From the NCBI GenBank assembly GCA_964016885.1, contig OZ024747.1, positions 90,148,001 to 90,212,000 of the forward strand: a DNA stretch of 64,000 bases. The letters run 5' to 3'. This DNA comes from Eledone cirrhosa. Its lineage: Eukaryota. The notes below the pieces were generated by a model. The model worked only from the letters and a program-made list of their open reading frames with translations, made no database searches and had not been told where the DNA came from. The position numbers were made by a program, and so were the translations under genes. This document shows positions 12,980 through 23,277 of this stretch, piece after piece. Numbering within the stretch: position 1 is the stretch's first letter; each line of letters opens with the position of its first letter.

Positions 12980-13105
12980 ATATTGAACTCCTTTAACCAT
13001 CTTTTGATCTTATATTATGCATACTCCAGTCCCACAAACTGTAGAGTGCTTCTTATCCGATATCTGCATTGCTTTATTGTACTACAATAAAACTCACCTC
13101 CTACA

Positions 13106-13143
13106 TATATATATATATATATATATATGTGTGGGCAGGTGTG

Positions 13144-13174
<31 letters not shown>

Positions 13175-13175
13175 T

Positions 13176-13246
<71 letters not shown>

Positions 13247-13248
13247 GT

Positions 13249-13302
<54 letters not shown>

Positions 13303-13303
13303 A

Positions 13304-13357
<54 letters not shown>

Positions 13358-13457
13358 TATGTATGTGTGTGTGTGTATATATGTATACGTGTGTATGTGT
13401 GTGTATATATATTTGTGTGTGTGTGTGCGCATGTGTGTATGCGCGTGTGTGTGTATG

Positions 13458-13536
<79 letters not shown>

Positions 13537-13627
13537 ATGTGTGTGTATATATGCGTTATATGTCTGTATATATATGTGTATATTTATGTATAGGTCTGTG
13601 TATGCATGTGTATGTTTGTATATGTAT

Positions 13628-13697
<70 letters not shown>

Positions 13698-13807
13698 ATA
13701 GATATTTATACATATGCATGTGTATGTGTGTGTGTGTGTATGTGTATATATATGTGTGTATATATATATGTGTGTGCGTGTGTATATATATGTGTGTGTA
13801 TTTGTAT

Positions 13808-13839
<32 letters not shown>

Positions 13840-13846
13840 GTATATA

Positions 13847-13889
<43 letters not shown>

Positions 13890-14133
13890 GTGTGTATGTA
13901 TGTATGTGTATATATATGTGTGTGTGTGTGTATGTGTGTGTATATCTGTATATATAATATGTATATGTGTGTGTAAGTATATGTATGTATATGTGTATAT
14001 ATGTGTATATATATATGTGTATATATATATATATGTATGTATATGTATATATGTATGTACATGCGTGTATATATGTGTGTATATATATGTTTATATGTAT
14101 GTATGTGTATATGCATGTTTGTATGTGTGTTTG

Positions 14134-14174
<41 letters not shown>

Positions 14175-14175
14175 G

Positions 14176-14246
<71 letters not shown>

Positions 14247-14586
14247 GTGTGTGTGTATGTATGTATATATGTGTGTATATTTTTATATGTTTGTATATAT
14301 TTGTGTGTATGTATATATATATATATGTACATATATATATATGTGTATGTGTGTGTATGTATGTGTGTATATGTATATATATATGTATATGTGTGGGTGT
14401 GTGTATATATGTATGTATATATATATATATGTGTGTGTATATATATGTATATATATATATATGTATATATGTATATAAATATGTGTGTATGTGTATGTGT
14501 GTATATATGTATATATATATGTGTATATATATGTATATATATATATGTATGTATGGTGCTTTTTCCTTATATATGTGTATATATAG

Positions 14587-14650
<64 letters not shown>

Positions 14651-14693
14651 GTATGTATGTGTGTGTGTGTGTTTGTATGTGTATATATTTGTT

Positions 14694-14733
<40 letters not shown>
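13106..14733. repeat. Compound (TA)n/(TG)n microsatellite
   Basis: Direct inspection; continuous in character with 9020-9570 and 18200-18885. Confidence 0.95.
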
Positions 14734-14736
<3 letters not shown>

Positions 14737-17700
14737 GCTTGAACGTAAGGAGGTCGATGTTTGTTGTATTCAAGAGACCAGGTGGAGGGGAGGGTCGGCT
14801 AGATTCATCGTGGGTAAAGAACGATGCTATAAGCTTTTCTGGGTGGGAAATGACAATGGGTTGGGTGGGGTAGGAATCATGGTAGCAGAAAAGTGGGCAG
14901 ATAAGATAATAGACGTAAATAGAGTGAACGACAGAATAATTAAAATAAGACTTGTCCTCAATAAAACTACGGTGACAGTAATATCTGCGTACGCACCCCA
15001 ATCCGGACTGCCCCGCGCTATAAAAGACAGATTCTACGAGACACTGATGCTCGCTACCTCCCAAATAACCGACAGTGACTATATAGTTATTGCAGGCGAC
15101 CTAAATGGTCACGTTGGACAACATTGTGACGGCTATGACGGAATCCATGGAGGCTATGGGTTCGGTACTAGAAATGAGGAAGGCTCCAAAATCCTGGAAT
15201 TCTGCGACGCAAATAACTTAACTATCTGTAACACTAACTTCAAAAAACGAGACAATCACTTGATCACCTATAGATCGGGGGAACACACAAGCCAGGTAGA
15301 TTATATCCTTACCAGAAGACGTGACAGAGTGTCTGTTGTTAACACTAAATCCCACCCCCATGAAGAATTCACCTCCCAACATAGACTGATAATTAGCGAC
15401 CTCATAGTCAGGACGAGACGTACTAGACAGCGGAAGAGGACTATCCTCAGGAGAAAAATATGGAAGCTAAAGGACCCCATAGCCAGAAATATATTTCAAA
15501 GCATATTACTTGACGCTTTCGACAGTAAGGAAGAGCAATTAGAGTCGTATAATATAGAGGAACAGTGGGAATTCCTGAGAGCAAACCTGCTGACGGCGGC
15601 AGACGAAGTCTGTGGCTGGAGCAGGCCTGTAGGTAGGAGGAGAGTAACATGGTGGTGGAACAGTAAGTTGGAGGAGTCAATTAAGGCCAAAAAGCAGGCT
15701 TGGAAAGTATGGCGGGATGGGGGAAGTAGAGAAGACTATCAAGTGGCCAGGAGGGAAGCTAGGAGACAAGTGTACTTCGCAAGAAGGGAAGCAGAGGAAA
15801 GAAAGTTCAAGCATGTTCTACAACGTGAGGACCAAAAACGTGAGGTGTTCAGGATTGCCAGGCAATGTGTCAAGGAAAACCGTGATATTGTCGGGGAGAA
15901 GTGTGTACTTAACGATGATGGCATACTTGCCATCACCGACGCTGATAAGAAGGTAGCTTGGAAGTGTCACTACGAAAGGCTTCTAAATGAGGAGAACAAA
16001 TGGGAGAAAGACAGTCTCCCCCAGATCGATCCAATAGAGGGACCAGCAGTGTTAGTTGAAGGTAGTATAATAAGTAAGGCAATCAAAGATATGAAGACGG
16101 GTAAGGCGGCTGGGCCTTCGGAAATAGTTGCTGAGATGCTGAAGGCATCTGGTTCGGTGGGACACACCATGGTCACCCGGATAGTTAACCAAGTCGTACA
16201 GAATGGGGTTGTTCCGAAGGAATGGCGTAGCAGCATCATCGTTAACTGCTATAAGGGAAAAGGAGATGCCCTAGATAGGAGTAACTATAGAGGCATTAAA
16301 TTAATCGACCAGGTCATGAAGGTCACGGAAAAAGTAATAGCGCAACTAATCAGAGAGAGAATTGATCTAGATGAAATGCAGTTCGGGTTTGTGTCAGGCA
16401 AAAGTACCACAGACGCTCTTTTCATTGTACGACAACTACAGGAGAAGTACCTAGCTAAAAGTAAACCCCTATACTTAGCTTTCGTCGACTTGGAGAAAGC
16501 CTTCGACAGAGTCCCCCGTTCCATTATCTGGTGGTCTCTTAGAAAACTAGGTGTTGACGAATGGCTTGTGAGAGCTATACAAGCCATGTATAAAGAAACA
16601 GTCAGTAAGGTTAGAATTAACAACGAATATAGTGAAGAGTTTAGCGTAAAAGTTGGTGTCCATCAGGGCTCTGTTCTTAGCCCCCTACTATTTATTATTG
16701 CCCTTCAGGCTATAACAGAGGAGTTCAAGACCGGCTGCCCATGGGAACTCCTATACGCAGATGATCTAACGCTCATAGCTGAATCAATGACCGAACTAGA
16801 GAAGAAATTCCAAACATGGAAGCACGGCCTAGAATCAAAAGGCCTTAAAATTAACCTGGCTAAGACTAAAGTTCTAGTTTGTAGGAAAGAAAATAAGGCG
16901 CCGGTCCCTTCCGGGAAATGGCCATGTTCAGTGTGTAGGAAAGGCATAGGTAGAAACTCCATTTTATGTCCCAAATGCAAAGTATGGGTGCATAAAAGAT
17001 GTAGTGGGATCACAGGTAAGCTAACTAAGAATATAGATTTTACATGTGGCCGGTGCTCTGGTGCAATAAGTAGCAGCAACTGCCCACAAAATACTAGCTC
17101 CTTCAACTGCGCAGAGGGTTCTATAGAAATAGTGGACAGCTTCCGTTATCTGGGTGACAAAATCAGCAGTGGGGGAGGGTGCTCTGAAAGTACAGTAGCT
17201 AGAGTCAGAACTGGATGGAAAAAGTTCAGAGAGCTTATACCACTATTAGCCGCTAGAGGGTTCTCCCTAAAAATGAAAGGCAGGTTATACGATGCCTGCA
17301 TACGAACAGCAATGCTGCATGGCAGTGAGACCTGGGCATTGTGTGCAGAGGATATACGCAGACTAGAGAGGAACGAAGCTTGCATGCTCCGCTGGATGTG
17401 CAATAGTAATATACGTGAACGGCAAAGCATAAACGAACTAAGGAAAAAATTAGAAATAAGAGGGATCAGATGTTGTTTACTCGAGAGAAGGCTACGTTGG
17501 TACGGTCACGTGATGCGCATGAAAGACGACAGCTGTATAACAAAGTGCAGGGCAATAAAGATAGACGGTAGCCACGGAGTAGGCAGACCCAGAAAAACAT
17601 GGGACGAGCTGATAAATTCCGACCTCACACGCTTACACCTCTCCAAGACAATGTCACTGGACCGATACCTTTGGCGGTACTCAGTAATAGAGAAGACCCG

Positions 17701-18200
17701 CCTTACCTAAATACAAAGTAAAAACCTACTACAGTCAGTAGGCATCTCTATCAAAACACACCCCCGTCCCACCACCTCCACACCGCCCTTTTCAATGTAA
17801 AGTTATGTTGGTCCCACAACATCCAGGCCGAAACAAATGAGATCGTGTAGGTGTCACGACAAAAAACACACAGTCCACGCTGTAAATGTGGCCGTGTAGG
17901 CAACACGGTAAAAACCTCCCAGCCCCACACTGTAAATGTGGTTGGTGTTAGGAAGGGCATCCAGCTGTAGAAAACCCGCCAGACAGTCCACGCTGTAATG
18001 TGGCCGTGTAGGCAACACGGTAAAAACCTCCCAGCCCCACACTGTAAATGTGGTTGGTGTTAGGAAGGGCATCCAACTGTAGAAAACCCGCCAGACAGTC
18101 CTATGCGAGCAAGACAACCACTCTTGCCTCAAGTGGGAAAACCCCCGTCCAAACCCATGCAAGCGTGGAACACGGACGCTAAACCTGATGATGATGATGA
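14733..18200 (+). mobile_element. RTE-clade LINE family A, near full length (slightly 5'-truncated)
   Basis: Single APE+RT ORF, ~490-bp 3' UTR, (GAT)n tail, inserted in (TA)n. Confidence 0.97.
14735..17710 (+). CDS. RTE ORF: apurinic endonuclease + reverse transcriptase with internal PHD-type finger (991 aa, uninterrupted)
   Basis: APE motifs CCIQET, SAYAPQ, AGDLNGH, QVDYIL, SQHRL. RT motifs [35 protein letters not shown]. The first APE strand appears to be missing. Confidence 0.95.
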
Positions 18201-18376
18201 TATATATATATATGTGTGTGTGTATGTATGTATATATGTATGTGGTTATATATATATGTATATGTGTATATATATGTGTGTGTGTGTTTGTGTGTATGTG
18301 TGTGTATATGTATATATATGTGTGTGTATGGTTTTTTTTTTTTTAATATATATATATATATATGTGTGTGTGTGCA

Positions 18377-18437
<61 letters not shown>

Positions 18438-18505
18438 ATATATATGTATGTATGTGTATACGTATGTGTGTGTGTATATATTTATATGTGTATGTATGTA
18501 TGTGT

Positions 18506-18549
<44 letters not shown>

Positions 18550-18750
18550 ATATGTGTCTGTGTATGTGTATGTATATATGTCTATATGTATGTGTGTGTA
18601 TATGTATATACATGTATATTTGTGTTTGTATGTATGCGTGTGAGTGTATTTATTTGTGTATATATGTGTGTGTGTGTGTGTATGTATGTGTATGTGTGTG
18701 TGTATGTGTATATATATATGTGTGTGTGTATATATATATGTGTGTATATA

Positions 18751-18793
<43 letters not shown>

Positions 18794-19392
18794 GTGTGTA
18801 TGTATCTGTGTGTACATGAATATATTTTTTTATATATGTGTGTGTGTTTTTATGTGTGTATATGTGTTTGTGTGTGTGTTTATGGTTGCGCGTAAGTGTG
18901 TGAGTGAGTATGTGTTTTTTTGTTTTTTTGTTTTTTTGTGAATGTGTCTGTTGATTTTTGGCATATAGTTGATTAGTTTAAGAGAAGTTCGAAGATAATA
19001 GTAAGATATGCACTCAGTATTTTGAATCTGTCTGCAGAATTCTCTAGACCTTTGTCACTTAGTAGAACCTTAATGATATTAGCTTTTAAAGAATCTCCCT
19101 TTTCTTTAATTCTATCGACCATGACTGACCCCCCACTGATTTTATAGACATCTGTTAGCTTAAGAGAAACTTATTGACAAGGAATGGTATGCCATCCGGA
19201 ACCTGTTTATAGAATTCTGTCTGCCCTTGTTACTCTAAAAACATAAATAAATAAAAATAAACTATAGCTTTGTAGAATTAGCTTTTAATGAATCCCCTTT
19301 TCTATCAACCAATGACCTGCACCCATCCCACTCCCCACCCTCTCCTACCACTTGTAGAGACCTATAAATACCATATTTATTTTTTGATACCC

Positions 19393-19443
19393 AGATTCCT
19401 GATGATTTCTAATGAATGAAACAGTTCTAGTCCTGTAGAATCT
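19393..19443 (+). ncRNA. Type I hammerhead ribozyme (PLE-1 3' pLTR)
   Basis: Stem I AGAUUC/GAAUCU, CUGAUGA (19399), stem II UUC/GAA, GAAA (19418), stem III ACAG/CUGU, cleavage triplet GUA. Confidence 0.8.
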
Positions 19444-19982
19444 CATCTATATTAAAACTATATGTATATATATATATATATGTGTGTTTGTGTATGTATT
19501 TATATATATATGTATATAACCATCCGCTCCCTAGAAGTCTTATATATTTTTATGTGGGCTGATAGGGGGCGGATTAAGGAATTGCAGAAACCCAAGAAGC
19601 TAGATTTACCACCTTTCTAGTGGGTCCGGGTAAGTTTTTACTTTCATATAAATTATTGGTTTATTGATATTTTATCTGAGTGACCCGAATCTTCCTGGTC
19701 GTTCTTTTTCGGCTGCACGGGTGATTTTAGGCATAATCTTTGTGTGTTGGTATTTTAACGATAGTTATAGCTCTGATTTATCTGAATTATTGAGCCCTCT
19801 GCCACTCATGTCGGATTTGTTTATCGTAAATTCGTGAGCTGATTTTCCGATACTCGATTATTCTATTATAAATGTTTATATACAGATATATATTTAGATA
19901 TCTCTATATATATATATATATATACATATATGCTCTTTTACTCTTTTACCTGCTCCAGCCATGCTTATATATATATACTGTA

Positions 19983-20033
<51 letters not shown>

Positions 20034-20434
20034 CTCTCACGTACACTGAAACATATCTTTTATAAACATATATCTGTTTATGTGTTCACAAACAGAAATA
20101 TAAAGAAATATAAAAGTATAAATGTAATGACTGCTATTTAAACCATCTTACTTAACCAAAATGTTTTTGTTTTGTAATTGCAGCACAAATATACACAAAT
20201 GTATTTAGTGAAAGCTATATACATCAACTGTTGTTTATAAAATATTAGTTTTATGCAGAAAATACTTTTATGTATGTATAAAGTATATGTTGAAATATAT
20301 GTAACTTAGATATTATTTAATGTGTTTGTGTGTTGTATGTATATATATATGTATGTACGTACGTATGTATATATATATGTATGTACGTATGTATGTATGC
20401 ATGTATGTATATGCATATATACATGTATATATAT

Positions 20435-20599
<165 letters not shown>

Positions 20600-20645
20600 A
20601 ATACAATATTAAATAAATGGAAACTATATTTATAAAACCATATTT

Positions 20646-20709
20646 ATTTCATTATATATATTTCGGGGATATCATATTAACAATATGCTATGCCTTCCTC
20701 AGACAAAAT
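20646..20709 (-). ncRNA. Probable minimal hammerhead ribozyme in a PLE pLTR remnant (~20600-21095)
   Basis: Minus strand AUUUUGU-CUGAGGA-AGGCAUAGCAUAUU-GUU-AAUAUGAUAUCCCC-GAAA-UAUAUA-UA-AUGAAAU. Confidence 0.65.
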
Positions 20710-21099
20710 ACAATATAAACAGTTTTATAGATAAATAGATTCGACATACCGTTATAACACCGACTTGCATTTGAGGAGGTCAAACTGGCAGTGAAAAAAT
20801 TTTACACAGAGAGAAAGAAAGAGAGAAAAAAGAAAGAAAGACAGAGAACGAAGAAAAGGAAGAAAAAGAAGAAATGCATGGAACAAAAAAGAGAGATGGA
20901 AAGATAGATAAAGAGAAGAACTTCATGTAAAGAAACAGAAAGAGATAAAGAACTTCATGTAAAGAAACAGAAAGATATATATATATATATATAGAGAGAG
21001 GAAATAGAGATAGATACATATATATATAGATAGAAAATTAGGTAGTGGGAGGTCAATTTTGAGTAAATGTATCAATGATACGTTTATTTATTTATTTAT

Positions 21100-23244
21100 T
21101 TATTTAGCTCTAGTATTAATGTAAGGGAGATATATATAGAGAGAAAAAAACTAAACAAAATAACAACTTTTTTAATTACGGCAACAACATTAACAACTAT
21201 AATAGAAAGCATTACAATAATTCCAAAGGCCAAAAAAGAAATAGAACTAGGAACATAATTTGGTTTGCCCCCCTTTCTCACTAAACATTAAAACCCACAT
21301 CGCTAAATTATTTTTCAAAGCTCTGGATAATCGCTTCCCTAGAACACATAGGTATCACTCAATTTTCAATAGGCATACAATTAAATTAACCTACTCATCC
21401 ACCAAAAATTTAGCACAAAATATTAATAGAATAAATAATAGGAACTTAAAACCTAGTGATAATAGCATAAATAATATACAAGTTAGCAAATGTAACTGTA
21501 GAGATAGATCTAAATGTCCGTTAAATAACAACTGCTTAGTTAAAAATATAGTATACAATTGTAATGTTAATACTGACTCTAATTCTTTTAACTACGTCGG
21601 TTCCACATCGACGGAATTTAAACTTCGCTATAATAACCACAAGAATTCTTTCACGGATCCAAGTAAAAAATCTTCAACGGCACTATCAGGCGTACTCTGG
21701 CAACTTAAGCTAGATAACGTTAGATATTCGACGGCTTGGAATATAGTCTCAAGAGGGATTCCTTTTAATTCATCTTCTGAGACATGTGACCTCTGCGCAG
21801 AGGAGATATTCTTTATACTAAAATCTAAAAATTCCCTTAATCTACGGACAAATTTATTCAGTTGTTGCAAACATAGATTAAACTCAACGTTTAAATATAA
21901 ATTTAAATTTAAAATGTAGTATATTTAGTTTGATTTATATTTATATGGGAAACTAGCCGATAAATTTTTGATTCCTAAATTTTTGATTCCTTCTTTTTAT
22001 TCTTTTTTTATTGTTTATTTTTATTTTATTTTTATTTAAACAGTCCTCATGAAAAATTAAGCTACCCTAAAAGCTGATGCTCCAAATATTTTGAATAAAC
22101 CTTACACTAGATAAACTTCTATATTAAATATAAGAACACATGTAGACCAAATTGGACTTCATAAACTTTTTGAAATGATCTTTGCTAGATGTGATTTGAT
22201 AGATAATTTTTGGCTTTGTCTTATAATGAACTTGGCAATATATTGTCAATCAATTTTGAAGGGTTGATCTTTGTGGTTTATTTTTATTTTTTTTATTATT
22301 GTAGTATTTTATAATATTTTTTATTTTTATTTTTAATATCTTTAATATGTAAATTTTTTAATACGTAATATTTTTTAATACGTAATATTTTTTAATATGT
22401 AATATTTTTAATATGTAATATTTTTAATATGTAATATTTTTAATATGTAATATTCTTTCGTAATATTTTTTTAGTTTTCTATTTTATTATTACCTATTAT
22501 TATTATTGTTATCTTTTTATTTTTTATTTTTTTTTATTTTTTTTAGTTTTGTTTCCGATATATATTTTTATTAGTATATTGAAATCTGCTCTCTATTTCT
22601 GCTTGATAGATAATCTTGTAGAATAAAGACAGGAATAATAATACACATATATGTATACTCAAATTTTTATACCACATTGAGAATGTTTTCCGTGAACTTA
22701 GAGTTTGCAGAGTTGATAATGTTTGTAGCTATCACATAAACATATGAACAAACAATACTGACCTAAGAGAAGTATAAATATATAAATAAATACATACACA
22801 AGAACAATAACAACAAACACATATAAACACACACTAGTAAACTAAGATAGAATACAATAACCAATACACAGTCACCCAAACACGAACACACATCAAACAC
22901 TATACACACACGAAAACGCATGCGCAGAGAAGACAAAAAAAAAATAAATAAATAAACAGACTAAATAAAGATGGCGTAGGCATACAATACAAGAGGAGGA
23001 AACATAATAGCACACTGACGATGTTGCAGATGTGCACCGAAAGAACTTTGTTAGACTATATATATGTGTTTGTGTCTATATTATATATGTATTTTTGACC
23101 GTTGGTCAGTCAATGGTAACATTGAGGAACGAATAAATTAAATTAACCGATATAAAAGACACAAGCGAAAACCAACCAAACAGTGAGTGTGTTATTAATT
23201 CTGGCAATATTATTACACAAATATGACCCTCCCCAAGTATAACA

Positions 23245-23250
<6 letters not shown>
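21100..23250 (+). mobile_element. Penelope-like element PLE-3, 5'-truncated (GIY-YIG ORF 21260..21919 + long 3' region)
   Basis: RNIIW(fs)CPPFS...IFNRHTIKLTYS...CNCRDRSKCPLNNNC...IVYNC...YVGSTSTEFKLRYNNH...CDLC...CKH. Element limits are uncertain. Confidence 0.85.
22345..22470. repeat. ~17-bp AT-rich tandem repeat (taatatgtaatattttt), ~7 copies
   Basis: Direct inspection. Confidence 0.85.

Positions 23251-23275
<25 letters not shown>

Positions 23276-23277
<2 letters not shown>

Larger units (their letters stand above)
9571..13105 (-). mobile_element. Penelope-like element PLE-2 with ~1.12-kb inverted pLTRs
   Basis: 9571-10690 is the near-perfect reverse complement of ~11896-13018. The spacer holds a minus-strand GIY-YIG frame, and each arm carries a hammerhead. 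Confidence 0.9.
7098..19459 (+). mobile_element. Penelope-like element PLE-1: 5'-truncated, with inverted pLTR, interrupted by PLE-2 and an RTE LINE
   Basis: ~7168-8308 is the reverse complement of ~18329-19459. GIY-YIG ORF at 8305-8844. Hammerhead in both pLTR copies. Confidence 0.8.

Noticed and set aside
13017-14873. Many long Y/I/V/C/M/H/T-rich ORFs here and at 7.7-9.6, 18-19, 28-31 and 40-44 kb
   Set aside because: Translations of (TA)n/(CA)n/(CATA)n microsatellites, which lack stop codons; not genes.
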